A stretch of DNA of 63,892 nucleotides, counting the filler, from Octopus bimaculoides (taxonomy: Eukaryota), in NCBI RefSeq assembly GCF_001194135.2. It is 5 parts of 4 records of this genome, joined end to end, with 100 filler letters (N's around TTAATTAATTAA, not from the genome) between each part and the next. Parts side by side here need not be neighbours in the genome. Positions count along the whole stretch, not along the records: positions 32,532 to 56,969 come from NC_068986.1; positions 57,070 to 62,280 come from NC_069000.1; positions 62,381 to 63,892 come from NW_026429906.1; 2 more parts are not named here. One strand, given 5' to 3'. Below, piece after piece: positions 51,436 to 63,852 of this stretch. The notes below the pieces were generated by a model that was not told the DNA's origin, did no database searches, and saw only the letters and a list, made by a program, of their open reading frames with translations. The translations under genes and the position numbers were made by a program. Every line of letters starts with the position of its first letter. The stretch's first letter is position 1.

Positions 51436-51965
51436 CGAGGTCTGATCAATAAGTATCCGGACTGTTGCCATAATAACAAAGTCGAAAACACGCAGAGCAA
51501 AGCCGCTTGGCAAAGACTAATCTTGAACTCTGCTGTGCATGCGCACTAAGTTTTAACGTCCTATCTCGCTTCTGCTGTTTATAGCAGTGCTTGGAAGGAA
51601 GGTGCGTATTGTGTGATCGTCGCATTGACCATGACAAAGTCGTTATAGCGATACCTGCTCAGACTCTTACGCAAAGTTGCAGAGAGAGTCTGGAGAGGAG
51701 TGTATGCGCCGCACACAAGTGTACGAGTGGTTCAGATGTTTTCAAGATGGCAGGAAATATGTCGATATTGACAAACGTTCCGGGAGACCCGCAACCAGCA
51801 GCACTGAGAAAAACATCTCAGATGTGCGTGCAAATGTGAGGGGAAATCGTCGAATCACCATCCATGAGTTATGAGAGGATGGATAGATTAGTTACGGTTC
51901 AGTTCAGTCCATTATCACTGGAGATTTGGGTATGAGACGCGTGTCTGCCAAGTTCGTGCCAAAAT
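51436..51965 (+). mobile_element. Mariner 5' part (left TIR + HTH region)
   Basis: TA|cgaggtctgatcaataagt TIR; GEECMRRTQVYEWFRCFQDGR...DKRSGRPATS...RRITIHEL...DLGMRRVSAKFVPK. Confidence 0.92.
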
Positions 51966-54900
51966 ATGTGACTGAAACGAGTAAAAGATAAAAGATACAT
52001 TTGTGTGTGTGGCTGTGTGTGTGTATGGGAGAGTGTGTATATGAATGTGGGCATACTTGTGTGCGTATCCATGTATAAAGTATGCATGTTTAGATGTGTG
52101 TTGTATGTGCGTGTGTCCTAAATATTGATGATGTCATCAAACATCAAATTAACTCCGTTTCTTTTTTTTCTCTTCTCGTTTATTTTCGAACAAGTTGTGC
52201 AAGGTGACATTTCTGACACTTCCTGGTCATGCAGTGGTAGTGGTGGTGGTAGTAGTGTTGGTGGTAATCAGTGGTGGTGTTAATGGTGATGGTGGTGGTG
52301 GTGGTGGTGGTGGTGGTGGTGGTGGTGCTGATCCTGGTGCTGGCTGTGCAAATGGGGTGACAGAGTGCAGCGAGNNNNNNNNNNNNNNNNNNNNNNNNNN
52401 NNNNNNNNNNNNNNNNNNNNNNNNNNNNNNNNNNNNNNNNNNNNNNNNNNNNNNNNNNNNNNNNNNNNNNNNNNNNNNNNNNNNNNNNNNNNNNNNNNNN
52501 NNNNNNNNNNNNNNNNNNNNNNNNNNNNNNNNNNNNNNNNNNNNNNNNNNNNNNNNNNNNNNNNNNNNNNNNNNNNNNNNNNNNNNNNNNNNNNNNNNNN
52601 NNNNNNNNNNNNNNNNNNNNNNNNNNNNNNNNNNNNNNNNNNNNNNNNNNNNNNNNNNNNNNNNNNNNNNNNNNNNNNNNNNNNNNNNNNNNNNNNNNNN
52701 NNNNNNNNNNNNNNNNNNNNNNNNNNNNNNNNNNNNNNNNNNNNNNNNNNNNNNNNNNNNNNNNNNNNNNNNNNNNNNNNNNNNNNNNNNNNNNNNNNNN
52801 NNNNNNNNNNNNNNNNNNNNNNNNNNNNNNNNNNNNNNNNNNNNNNNNNNNNNNNNNNNNNNNNNNNNNNNNNNNNNNNNNNNNNNNNNNNNNNNNNNNN
52901 NNNNNNNNNNNNNNNNNNNNNNNNNNNNNNNNNNNNNNNNNNNNNNNNNNNNNNNNNNNNNNNNNNNNNNNNNNNNNNNNNNNNNNNNNNNNNNNNNNNN
53001 NNNNNNNNNNNNNNNNNNNNNNNNNNNNNNNNNNNNNNNNNNNNNNNNNNNNNNNNNNNNNTGGTGGTGGTGGTGGTGGTGGCGGTGGCGATGCTGGTAA
53101 TGTTGTTGACGGTGCTGCTGGTGGTGGTGGTGCTGGTGGAGATTGTGTCGCAGCGGTGGTCGTGGTCTGGTGGGAGTAGGCTGAGGTATGTTGCTTGTTG
53201 TAATTGTGTTGTCGATGTCTGTGTCGATGGTGATGGTATTGTGGTTTTGATGATGGTTGTTTTTGTTGTGGTAGACCTATGATGGCGATGGCTATTATTG
53301 AATCGTGATTATGTTATTTGACGGTTTGTTCTATTAAACGCTATTGATTAATGCCTGGTTTATTTTGTAGATTCCTTTGTGAGATCTTCGTTTGTGTAGC
53401 GCTCTTCTGTGTAGGGATACCACCACGGTATCATTTTGTATCGATGTGAACATTCTCTATCTCCACATAAGTACACGTGTCGTAAACTTCACGACTCCAA
53501 CTGTTATAGAGGCCATATAAATACGACAGCATTCCCACCGCTCACCAAAGTGGAATTCTATTAGAAATGGGAAAATATTAGTAAACAATACATCTATAGT
53601 CTACTGAATTCTCCTTAAAATATCAACGGTTAATGGTGGCAAAAGTGGACCAGTAGAATAAGTACCAGACTTTACAGAAAGAACTATTAGGGTTCATTTG
53701 TTTACCTAAAACCCTTCAGAATGGTACCCCAGCTTGACCGCAGTCCGGTGACTGTAAAAGATAAAAGATACTAGTAAAGGTATGTGTACGTACATATATG
53801 TATATATANNNNNNNNNNNNNNNNNNNNNNNNNNNNNNNNNNNNNNNNNNNNNNNNNNNNNNNNNNNNNNNNNNNNNNNNNNNNNNNNNNNNNNNNNNNN
53901 NNNNNNNNNNNNNNNNNNNNNNNNNNNNNNNNNNNNNNNNNNNNNNNNNNNNNNNNNNNNNNNNNNNNNNNNNNNNNNNNNNNNNNNNNNNNNNNNNNNN
54001 NNNNNNNNNNNNNNNNNNNNNNNNNNNNNNNNNNNNNNNNNNNNNNNNNNNNNNNNNNNNNNNNNNNNNNNNNNNNNNNNNNNNNNNNNNNNNNNNNNNN
54101 NNNNNNNNNNNNNNNNNNNNNNNNNNNNNNNNNNNNNNNNNNNNNNNNNNNNNNNNNNNNNNNNNNNNNNNNNNNNNNNNNNNNNNNNNNNNNNNNNNNN
54201 NNNNNNNNNNNNNNNNNNNNNNNNNNNNNNNNNNNNNNNNNNNNNNNNNNNNNNNNNNNNNNNNNNNNNNNNNNNNNNNNNNNNNNNNNNNNNNNNNNNN
54301 NNNNNNNNNNNNNNNNNNNNNNNNNNNNNNNNNNNNNNNNNNNNNNNNNNNNNNNNNNNNNNNNNNNNNNNNNNNNNNNNNNNNNNNNNNNNNNNNNNNN
54401 NNNNNNNNNNNNNNNNNNNNNNNNNNNNNNNNNNNNNNNNNNNNNNNNNNNNNNNNNNNNNNNNNNNNNNNNNNNNNNNNNNNNNNNNNNNNNNNNNNNN
54501 NNNNNNNNNNNNNNNNNNNNNNNNNNNNNNNNNNNNNNNNNNNNNNNNNNNNNNNNNNNNNNNNNNNNNNNNNNNNNNNNNNNNNNNNNNNNNNNNNNNN
54601 NNNNNNNNNNNNNNNNNNNNNNNNNNNNNNNNNNNNNNNNNNNNNNNNNNNNNNNNNNNNNNNNNNNNNNNNNNNNNNNNNNNNNNNNNNNNNNNNNNNN
54701 NNNNNNNNNNNNNNNNNNNNNNNNNNNNNNNNNNNNNCATATATATGCGCATATACATATATATGTAGATATATATATATACTCATAAACAGACATACGT
54801 AGAGACAGTTAAAATTGTGACAACAGCCAAAGCTCATGCGTTCAATTACATAGCCAGTCACAAATGGATCTCTGTACCTACTACCTACGCAGCTTTACTA

Positions 54901-55251
54901 TGGACTGTTGTTGTCAATGAATCTCTGACCAGCATCTACTCGTATTCATATTATCACCTAACAACGTATCGATTCCATTCTAATAGATTTCATATGATTC
55001 GGTTACTCTTCTCGTATCATCTGCAACACGGCTCGTATTTAGCAGCTCCTCCTTCCATTTCTCACCGTTTCTTTCTTCTCTTTTCTATCCCTCTCTAATT
55101 CTGTCTTTCTTTCACTCCAACACTCTCTTTATCTTTTTTCTCTCTCTTTTTCTCTTTCTATTTCTTTCACTCATTCTTGTTTTATCCTCCTCATTATATT
55201 TCTTTCATTTTGCTGGTTTGTCTTCTCACTCTTCCTCCCTCCTTCTCTCCT

Positions 55252-55289
<38 letters not shown>

Positions 55290-55708
55290 ATTTCTTTTCC
55301 TTCTATATTCCTCTCTATCTCTCTCCTTGTTTAATTCATTCTCTTCCTCCCGCTCACTATATTCTCTCTCTTACTCTATTTCTGTTTCCTCTTTTTCAGT
55401 CCTTCTTTCTTCAGTTCTACCATTCTGTTCTATCAAATGAGAATCTGCTGAAGAATGTATCAATTACAAATATTCTGGAATATCTAGAATTATAGAATTG
55501 GAATTATAGATATTCGATTTGTCAACATGATTATTGATAAGTCTCAATATCTCCAGATTTTTAGTGGAATTTTAGCAAGCTATTTTCGATATTGTTCCAT
55601 CTATCGTAAAATATTTGATTGAATTTGCTCTAACATAACCATGTCATATTATCCGGAAACAAGCCATTAAATAATAAAGAGCTAATTGCCAAACATTGCT
55701 TTACTCAC

Positions 55709-55776
55709 TTCAATATTGTTCCGATTCTAACAAAATGTTTAGTCAAATTATCCCCAGAATGGCCACAGCATGTCAA
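55709..55776 (-). CDS. Candidate 68-nt exon
   Basis: attttatttgctacAG|LTCCGHSGDNLTKHFVRIGTIL+AA|GTGAGT; only one frame is open. Confidence 0.25.
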
Positions 55777-56311
55777 CTGTAGCAAATAAAATATCGTTGG
55801 TAAAAAGACTGATTAAACACACTGCCACTGTTGTTAAAGATTATACTTCACTAAAAAGATCTAATAAGACTGAAACATGTTTAGCGTTGTCAGTGTCCTG
55901 CTGAGATCAGATTTATTCATTACTGTATTGTTTACCTTCTATCATAATGGATTTTAATTACCGTATAAGTCACATTATTTTTTATGTTTGATTTTAACTA
56001 AAAAAAAAAATGGGGTGCTCGGGGTAAAGCTAAAACTATGAAGGCGAAAAATTGTATCAAGATTTAACACTAAATTAAGAGTGCGCTTTATACACGAATA
56101 AATACGATAAATTAAATTCCAAGGCCATCCCCATGTCTTTCTGCAAGAGAACTAATGATTTAGATAATCATCCCACCTGTCCACAACAGGTGTAAATTTA
56201 TTAATCATCCACCTCACAGAATTGTGTAATGTATATCTGATAGAATTATATACCACTTAGAAATGGCAAAACACACCTAAAGGTATGCAATTATATATTA
56301 TACATGATATA

Positions 56312-56385
56312 GACGGCGGCAAGTTGGCGAAATGCTTAGCGGTTTTTCGTCTGACGCTACGTTCTGAGTTCAAATTCGCGCCGGA
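56312..56385 (+). mobile_element. SINE family B head fragment
   Basis: gcgaaatgcttagcggtttttcgtctg...gttctgagttcaaattc. Confidence 0.8.
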
Positions 56386-56389
56386 GGTT

Positions 56390-56969
56390 CCAATACGAAC
56401 ATTTCAGAGTGTTTGGGTGTCAATCTGAGGACAGTGCATGTACCAAGAGAGATAAAAATCAAACAACCAATCAACGTCATGGTGTCTGGCCTGATCACTA
56501 GTGATGGGACGTTATGCCTCCATTCATCTTCCCACACGGCTTCAGACTCAACACGGAGGCCTACATCAAGCGCCTGGAGGAGGTAGTGCTGCTCTATGTC
56601 AAGAGAGTGGTTACTGTAAGACCCTACGTCTGGTAGCAGGACTTTGCACCATGTCACACAAGCAGGAGAACCCAGTCATGGCTGTCAGACAATTTCTGCA
56701 ACCACAACACCCCTAACATCTGACCACCTAACTCTCCAGACTGCAACCCCCTTGATTATTATGTGTGGGACGCAGTTGAGCGAGAGACCAACAAAACTCC
56801 TTGTAACACCAAAGATGAACTGAAGGCAAGGATTATGGCAGCATTCACTGACTTAAACAAGGAGACCGTCCCGAAGAGTTGCAAGAGATTCCGAAGTCGT
56901 CTGGAGGCCATGATTGAAGCCATTGAATAAATTTGCTCTTTTGTATTTCAAGATTTTTTAATGTAATTT
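56390..56969 (+). mobile_element. Internally deleted Tc1/mariner transposon, DD37D (maT) type
   Basis: GGSNTNISECLGVNLRTV joined to IKQPINVMV...VW*QDFAPCH...*PPNSPDCNPLDYYVW...RFRSRLEAMIEA; 37 residues counted between the second and third D. Confidence 0.93.
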
Positions 56970-57319
56970 NNNNNNNNNNNNNNNNNNNNNNNNNNNNNNN
57001 NNNNNNNNNNNNNTTAATTAATTAANNNNNNNNNNNNNNNNNNNNNNNNNNNNNNNNNNNNNNNNNNNNATATATATATACATATATATATATATTATAT
57101 TATATATATATTGACATATTTACATGCATATTCACACGCGTGCAAGTGTACGTATATATGTACATATGTGTGTGTGCGTGTGTGTGCGTATGTGTGTGCG
57201 TGCGCGTGTGCCTATATCCATCTCTGTATGTGTGTAAATGTGTGTGTGAGAGTGAGAAAAAAGAGGGACGAACGGAGAGAGAAATAAAGCACGTGGTAGG
57301 GGTTTGACTAAAACTGGGT

Positions 57320-57505
57320 TCATACGGGGTGGGATACGGGTGTCACGTGAGTTGAAGACAAGGTAGTCGTAACTGGCGGCGGCAGCGACGGCGGCTTCAC
57401 TGGTGGTGGTAGTGGAGGTGGCGCGGTTGATCGCGAGGGCGGAGGGGAGGTTTGGCGCGAAAGATGGAGAACATCTGGTAAGCATTCCTCAAGAAACGAC
57501 GACTT
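57320..57505 (-). CDS. Candidate terminal coding exon, proline-rich, 61 aa
   Basis: ttctattatttcccAG|KSSFLEECLPDVLHLSRQTSPPPSRSTAPPPLPPPVKPPSLPPPVTTTLSSTHVTPVSHPV*; the most GC/CpG-rich patch in the window. Confidence 0.35.
   Translation of the reverse strand, partial: KSSFLEECLPDVLHLSRQTSPPPSRSTAPPPLPPPVKPPSLPPPVTTTLSSTHVTPVSHPV
57464..57477 (+). CDS. Alternative reading: initiator exon ATG GAG AAC ATC TG
   Basis: aagATGg Kozak-like context, in-frame TGA upstream at 57428, donor TG|GTAAGC; phase-compatible with 59950. Confidence 0.25.
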
Positions 57506-57769
57506 CTGGGAAATAATAGAACGTTTGCCATTCCCTGCCTACCATACCATTCCTTGCCGCCATGCTACCACCCCTGCTTCCTATACCCACTTCTTGCCTA
57601 CTAGTACCATTCTTGCCCACCCCCTCCACACTGACGGCATCGTTACTATAACTACCATCATGCGAGCCCCTACCACCACCACCACCACCACACTACTGAC
57701 GCTACCACACAAACGTTACCATTACACCATCACCACCGCCACCATAAGCCAACGAGGAAGCCTGTACTA

Positions 57770-58189
57770 CCCCATGTGATCGCTTAACATGCTAGAAATA
57801 ACAGATATATATCCCTCTAATTAAACGTACCAACAAAATACTGCGTTTGATAATATGGCCCCATGTTAACTGAATACAGGAGTTGGGACGGTTACGGTGG
57901 GAACAATTTCGATCATTGGTCTACTCATTCAGTACTGACAGTATCCAGCGCCATTTCTATGAATACACCGTGAGCTCCACCCTTCAACTTCAACACCACT
58001 AACGCTACTACACAAACATTACCATGAATAGGAGTGGCTGTGTGGTAAGTAGCTTGCGTACCAACCACATGGTCTCGGGTTCAGTCCCACTGCGTGGCAC
58101 CTTGAGCAAGTGTCTTATACTATAGCCTCGGGCCGACCAAAGCCTTGTGAGTGGGTTTGGTAGATGGAAACTGAAAGAAGCCCGTCGTA

Positions 58190-58261
<72 letters not shown>

Positions 58262-58730
58262 TGTGTATATGTTTGTGTGTCTGTGTTTGTCCCCCCCAAC
58301 ATCGCTTGACAACCGATGCTGGTGTGTTTAGGTCCCCGTATGTTAGCGGCTCGGCAAAAGAGACCGACAGAATAAGTACTAGGCTTACAAAGGATAAGTC
58401 CTGGGGTCGATTTGATTCGACTAAAGGCGGTGCTCCAGCATGGCCGCAGTCAAATGACTGAAACAAGTAAAAAGAGAAAAAGAGAAAAAAAGAGAGAAAT
58501 GACTGCACCACCAACAACAACAACAACACCACAAGCCAACAAGGAGGCCTCCATTAGCCCCATGTGGTCGCTAGGCGTGCTAGAAACAACAGATATACGT
58601 CCCTCTAACTGAACGTACCGCCAAAAGATTGCGTTAGATAACGAGGTCCGTAGTAAACTAAACATAGGGAAAAATTGGGACGGTCACGGCGGGAACAATT
58701 TTGATCATATTCTATTCGTTCAATACTGAA
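57770..58730 (+). repeat. Two diverged direct copies of a ~170-bp repeat (57770-57940, 58558-58728)
   Basis: ccccatgtg.tcgct...tgctagaaa.aacagatata..tccctctaa...ttgggacggt.acgg.gggaacaattt in both. Confidence 0.85.
58029..58495 (+). mobile_element. Full-length SINE family A
   Basis: Near-identical to 22507-22910. Confidence 0.95.
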
Positions 58731-59543
58731 GTGGGCCTTAATAACAACAGCATCCGACACCACTTCTACCTCTACACCATAACATCCAACACTACACCTC
58801 AAACTTTTAGCCATGACATTATGGGAACGACACCGTCTGAAACACTAGTTTAACACTAGTGTTACCATTACCACCATTATACATACTACGCCCTCTCCCC
58901 ATTATACGTGACTTCCTTCATACCCAGCTCCTCTATTATGCGATTCCTTCTGTTTCTTAGTCATTTTTCTTCTACTTCCCTTTCTCCCCGCCTTTCCTTT
59001 CCATTTCTCCCATCTCTCTTCTATTCTGACGCTTTGATCATTTTCCATTCCTACAAAACCAGTGTATTCCTCATCGTTGTCTTTGTCGCAATCGTCATCA
59101 TCATCATCGTCAGCCTCGTCGTCGTCGTCGTCTTTGTCGCCATCAATCTTGAACATCATCATCATCATCATCATGGCGATCATCTTATGCTTTCCTCATT
59201 CTTCAGTAATAAAATCGTAACATATAATAGGGATGTGAGATGTAGTAAAGTAAGTGAAAGGATAGTGGTGGTGAGGAGGTGTAAATTATATCAAAGACTG
59301 CTACTGTTCACCACCGCCCAAATAGACACCAGCAACTCCTATATAGCCCCTTTCCTTAACTCACAGCTATCACACATAACACATGTGTATGTATTTATAT
59401 GTATTTATATGTACTCCTTTCATAGACACACACACACAAACACACATATATATATATATATGAATAGAGGTAGATAGATAGATTGATAGATAGAGATATT
59501 GCTTTATCTACTAAATTTGTACATATATATATTTCTATATCTA

Positions 59544-59612
<69 letters not shown>

Positions 59613-59949
59613 TACATACATACATACATACATACATACATACATACATANNNNNNNNNNNNNNNNNNNNNNNNNNNNNNNNNNNNNNNNNNNNNNNNNN
59701 NNNNNNNNNNNNNNNNNNNNNNNNNNNNNNNNNNNNNNNNNNNNNNNNNNNNNNNNNNNNNNNNNNNNNNNNNNNNNNNNNNNNNNNNNNNNNNNNNNNN
59801 NNNNNNNNNNNNNNNNNNNNNNNNNNNNNNNNNNNNNNNATATATATATATACAGATACTTATATACATATATATCTTTTATCTATCTATGTAGGGGTGT
59901 GTACGTTATGTGTGTAATATATTTTATATTAATGAGTTTTTGTATTTAG

Positions 59950-60026
59950 GTATTTAAAAAACAGTAAAGCGCTAACTGGGGGTAATATTCTAACCTTTAA
60001 CGTATCTGTAAAGGGACTCCATGTAT
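59950..60026 (+). CDS. Candidate internal exon YLKNSKALTGGNILTFNVSVKGLH(V)
   Basis: tttttgtatttAG|G...; donors CAT|GTATGT (60022) or TAT|GTAAGT (60026); only one frame is open. Confidence 0.35.
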
Positions 60027-60354
60027 GTAAGTGCTTTTCTATTTTTAATTATTTCAATTCTTCTGAGGAAGGAGCCGGTTCCTAACAAATATACAAAGCT
60101 CCATTGTTGGAATGTAGATAACTAAAACAAATTCCCATTTTGAACTTGAGAAAAATCTTGCATATTTTTACTATTCCACTTACAGATTGTATTTGTAATT
60201 CGTGAGTTAACTGGTTGATTTCTTTTTCTGGAAACCCAAGCTTGTTTCGATTGTCACTTTACTCACAAATTTACTCAATTTACTCACAAAACCGCGTGCA
60301 CCGATTATTATTGGTATAGATATGATTTTATAATCTGGACATAGACGCTGATAT

Positions 60355-60590
60355 ATGTATACATGGTGGTTATCTGCTCCTTGCAGAACTTGAGCTCTTC
60401 TTGCACATATAATTGCTCTTCCCTAGCGCGAAATTTTAAATGACTTTTGAATTCTGAAAGACGTTTGAAGAGCTGATTACAAACATATACTGCCGCAATG
60501 TCTCCATTTTTCGCTTGTTCCTTATGAATGTTCAAGTGCCGCTTAAATCCTCCACATGACTTGCAGGTTTTCTTAACAGACACTGCATTA
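60355..60590 (-). mobile_element. Decayed double C2H2 zinc finger, probably an RTE-type LINE ORF2 C-terminus
   Basis: With a 1-nt frameshift: CSVC-KKTCKSCGGFKR-HLNIH (C-x2-C-x12-H-x3-H); second finger degenerate (YVC-NQLFKRLSEFKS-HLKFR). Isolated, with no TGEKP linkers. Confidence 0.6.
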
Positions 60591-60986
60591 CATCTAGTCA
60601 CCCGGAATAAAATTCCAATAGTTCATGTATGTCTTACCTACATGTGCACGCTGATGCAATCTCATACTAGCATGTGATATGCATACTTTTGTACATAAAA
60701 AAACACTTAAAGAAAGAATGAGAAAGTCTTGCAACGATATTGATATTAATCTCGCTTTTTACGAAATATTCTTTTCATTTCAGCGAACTTGACTCTGTCA
60801 AGCTCACAATTTTAACATCACTCCAAATCGTAGCTCTCCACGCTTCTCCAAGTTATTCAAGTCCTATGTAACATAATTTAAGGCATTTCAAATTCGAATT
60901 TAAATTCTTTGTATCTCTCCTTCGGTGTACATGTATGTATGTATGTATGTATGTATGTATGTATGTATGTATGTATGTGTGTGGGT

Positions 60987-61368
60987 GGAGGCGCAATGGC
61001 CCAGTGTTTAGGGCAGCGGACTCGCGGTCATAGCATCGCGGTTTCGATTCCCAGACCGGGCGTTGTGAGTGTTTACTGAGCGAAAACACCTAAAGCTCCA
61101 CGAGGCTCCTACGGGGGATGGTGGCGAACCCTGCTGTACTCTTTCACCACAACTTTGTCTCACTCTTTCTTCCTGTTTCTGTTGTACCTGTATTTCAAAG
61201 GGCCAGCCTTGTCACACTGTGTCACGCTGAATATCCCCGAGAACTACGTTAAGGGTACACGTGTCTGTGGAGTTCTCAGCCACTTGCATGTTAATTTCAC
61301 GAGCAGGCTGTTCCGTTGATCAGATCAACTGGAACCCTCGACGTCATAAGCGACGGAGTGCCAACAAC
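60987..61368 (+). mobile_element. Full-length SINE family C with (ACAT)n/(CAA)n tail
   Basis: tRNA-like head with A and B boxes; inverse near-identical copy at 33113-33484. Confidence 0.95.
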
Positions 61369-61528
61369 ATGTATGTATGTATGTATGTATGTANNNNNNN
61401 NNNNNNNNNNNNNNNNNNNNNNNNNNNNNNNNNNNNNNNNNNNNNNNNNNNNNNNNNNNNNNNNNNNNNNNNNNNNNNNNNNNNNNNNNNNNNNNNNNNN
61501 NNNNNNNNNNNNNNNNNNNNNNNNNNNN

Positions 61529-61587
<59 letters not shown>

Positions 61588-62050
61588 TCGCTCACACAGA
61601 AAAGAAGTCTTGCTGGTTATTGGGATTATGAATCAGTCTGATAAAGCTGGTTCCCGGCGAAACTTCTAAAGCACCATCAACATGAACACCACCAGCACAG
61701 CCACCAACAACAACAAAAACAGCAACAAAACTGACACTATCATAAACACCAGCAACACCGCCATCAACCAAATTAACTACGTGCAGCTGTACCAATACCA
61801 ACATCAAACACCACCACCCCAAATTCAACAGTAACTGCCTATCCTACAAACAATCTCAGCATTATGAGAACCGTCTTAACAAGCATTACAGGTCCTGTAC
61901 AAATCAATGCACTGGGCCCTGCAGTATTTATCTATTGACAGCAAGCCACAATGTACATAGATCATAACTAGGTCCCTAAAACTATTAAGTCGCCAGGTAA
62001 CCGGTCATTGTGCCTATACCTTAAGACGACATTGTACACACACACGCACG

Positions 62051-62093
<43 letters not shown>

Positions 62094-62529
62094 ACACGCA
62101 CATACGCACGCACACACGTACGCATACAGACACACACACACATGTCATTTCGGCATTTAAGTGACACGCGTTCATATCCTCAAAAGCTTTAAATACCTCC
62201 CACTTTTTTCTATTTATTATGCACTCTCTCTCTCCGTTTCTATTCCTCTCTTTCTCTCTATCACTCTTTCCATATATATANNNNNNNNNNNNNNNNNNNN
62301 NNNNNNNNNNNNNNNNNNNNNNNNTTAATTAATTAANNNNNNNNNNNNNNNNNNNNNNNNNNNNNNNNNNNNNNNNNNNNGTGTTACTTGGCGAAAGCCA
62401 AGGAAGGAAAGGATTATATATATATATATACATACATACATATATGTTGTTGCAAACTGTGGACTCGTGATACCACCAAGTCAACAGCTTGGAAAACGCA
62501 AGCCAGCTCAGCAAGCCAACTTGTTTAGA

Positions 62530-63852
62530 GTGGAAAAAAGAACTTGCACCAACCATTCATGTCAAATGACTGATACCAATTGCTCATGTTGCCTACTCTG
62601 TTGCATCAACTGCCCAACACCAGCAGTCCTTCAATTGTCTGATACTAACTGTTACATCAACTGCCCGACACCAGTTTGACACCAACTGATTCATCAGTAG
62701 CTCGACACCAATTGCTGCATGATCAGTTTGACACCGACTGCCGTATCAACTGCTCAACGCCAACTACTATTTATAATCCTCCACTTAAAAAACCGTTCAG
62801 CATGCTTTAAAGTCATGTGACCAAAATGAATAATTTTTCATTAGAATTTATTATTGATCTTCCCCTGCAGAACAAGAGGACAGTAGTAGTTCTATCTCAC
62901 ATAGTGCCATTTGAAATTATATTCAGATTATTTATCATTCTTAACAATACATATACACACAAAGGTGGGGTATATCAGATATCAGAGAAGAAGAAAGAAC
63001 TCGCACCAATTGTTCACGTCAACTGATTGATACCAACTACTCACGTTGCCTACACTGTTCAATTCAACTGCTGACACCAACTGTTGCATCAACCATTTGC
63101 CTGACACCAACTGTCGCAACAACTGCCTACCCGATACCAACTTTCACATCAACTGCCTGCCTGACACCAACTGTCGCAACAACTGCCTGCCCGACATCAA
63201 CTGTCACATCAACTGCCTGCCTGACACTAATTGACTGCTATGTGTTCACTCACTACTATTTATAATCCTCCAAGCAAAAAAACAGTGCAGTATGCTTTAA
63301 AGTCATATACCAAAATAAATAATTTTTCATTAGAATTAATTACTCTATACGCTTTTACTCGTTTCAGTCATTTTGACTGTGGCCATGCTGGAGCACCGCC
63401 CTTTGTCGAGCAAATCGACCTCCAGGACTTATTCTTTGTAAGCCTAGTACTTATTCTATCAGTCTCTTTTGCTGAACCGCTAAGTTACAGGGACGTAAAC
63501 ACACCAGCATTGGTTGTCAAGCGATGTTGGGGGGGGACAAACACAGACACATACACACACACACACACACACATACATATATATGACGGGCTTCTTTCCG
63601 TTTCCGTCTACTAAATCCACTCACAAGGTTTTGGTTGGCCCGATGTTATAGTAGAAGACACTTGCCCAAGGTGCCACGCAGTGGGACTGAACCCGGAATC
63701 ATGTGGTTCGTAAGTAAGCTACTTACCACTCAGCCACTCCTATGCCTAATTATCAATTATTATTGATCCTCCCTTGTAGAACTAGAGGACAGTAGTTCTA
63801 TCTCATGGAATATCATTTGAAATTATATTCAGATTATGCATAGTTTGTAACA

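Noticed and set aside
51677-51874. SETMAR or other domesticated transposase gene
   Set aside because: TIR-flanked, truncated, with stops; no SET domain.
52195-53282. Gly-, Pro- or His-rich reading frames flanking the gap
   Set aside because: Degenerate (GGT)n sequence is stop-free in most frames; splice support is weak and similar tracts are common here (38600, 42620, 57560, 58900, 61680).
60987-61060. tRNA genes at SINE heads
   Set aside because: A/B boxes are present but there is no complete cloverleaf, and they continue into multi-copy SINE bodies.
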